Assembly: GCA_028534125.1 (NCBI GenBank)
Contig: CM052817.1
Location: forward strand, 18,850,001 to 18,914,000
Source of the DNA: Lama glama
Taxonomy: Eukaryota
Length of the DNA stretch: 64,000 nucleotides
Direction: 5' to 3'
Positions 63,911 through 64,000 of this stretch are shown in pieces; within the stretch, counting starts at the first letter, position 1; each line of letters begins with the position of its first letter. The notes under the pieces were generated by a model that was not told the DNA's origin, made no database searches, and saw only the letters and a list, made by a program, of their open reading frames with translations. The position numbers were made by a program, and so were the translations under genes.

Positions 63911-64000
63911 AAAAAAACAAAAATAATATGATTGCATGAGAGAAAAAAAATACACGTGAAAGTGTTATGTGAATGTGCTTGGCAATAACCATTAAAAATA

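Noticed and set aside
1..64000. CRISPR arrays, operons, rRNA, NUMTs, non-retroviral endogenous viral elements or a novel multi-gene system
   Set aside because: None seen; the window is mammalian non-coding DNA dominated by known transposon classes

Overview
AT-rich eutherian nuclear DNA, most likely from a camelid (alpaca/llama/camel). The basis is five copies of a tRNA-Ala(AGC)-derived SINE of the vic-1/ALPINE type plus cetartiodactyl-style L1 3' ends; I saw no Alu, Bov-tA/BovB, PRE-1 or Can-SINE. The window is intronic or intergenic and I recognise no protein-coding exon of a known gene. The ORF track is explained by L1/LTR remnants, microsatellites, chance ORFs and two 500-N placeholder gaps. 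A large share is transposon fossil: L1 of several ages, L2, CR1/L3, MIR, MaLR/ERV solo LTRs, an ERVL integrase relic, and hAT and Tigger MITEs. The best candidate for host function is a largely repeat-free, CpG-enriched block at ~6.6-8.8 kb with a strong + strand splice donor (possible promoter/first exon), plus small candidate downstream exons, including a 16-nt microexon. The most striking structures come from retrotransposition: a three-level nested L1, an L1-L1 near-palindrome, a triply deleted mini-L1, tiny twin-primed L1s, and one target site used twice. I found no evidence of a new biological system. Repeat subfamily names come from remembered consensus sequences, and boundaries of old elements are approximate.
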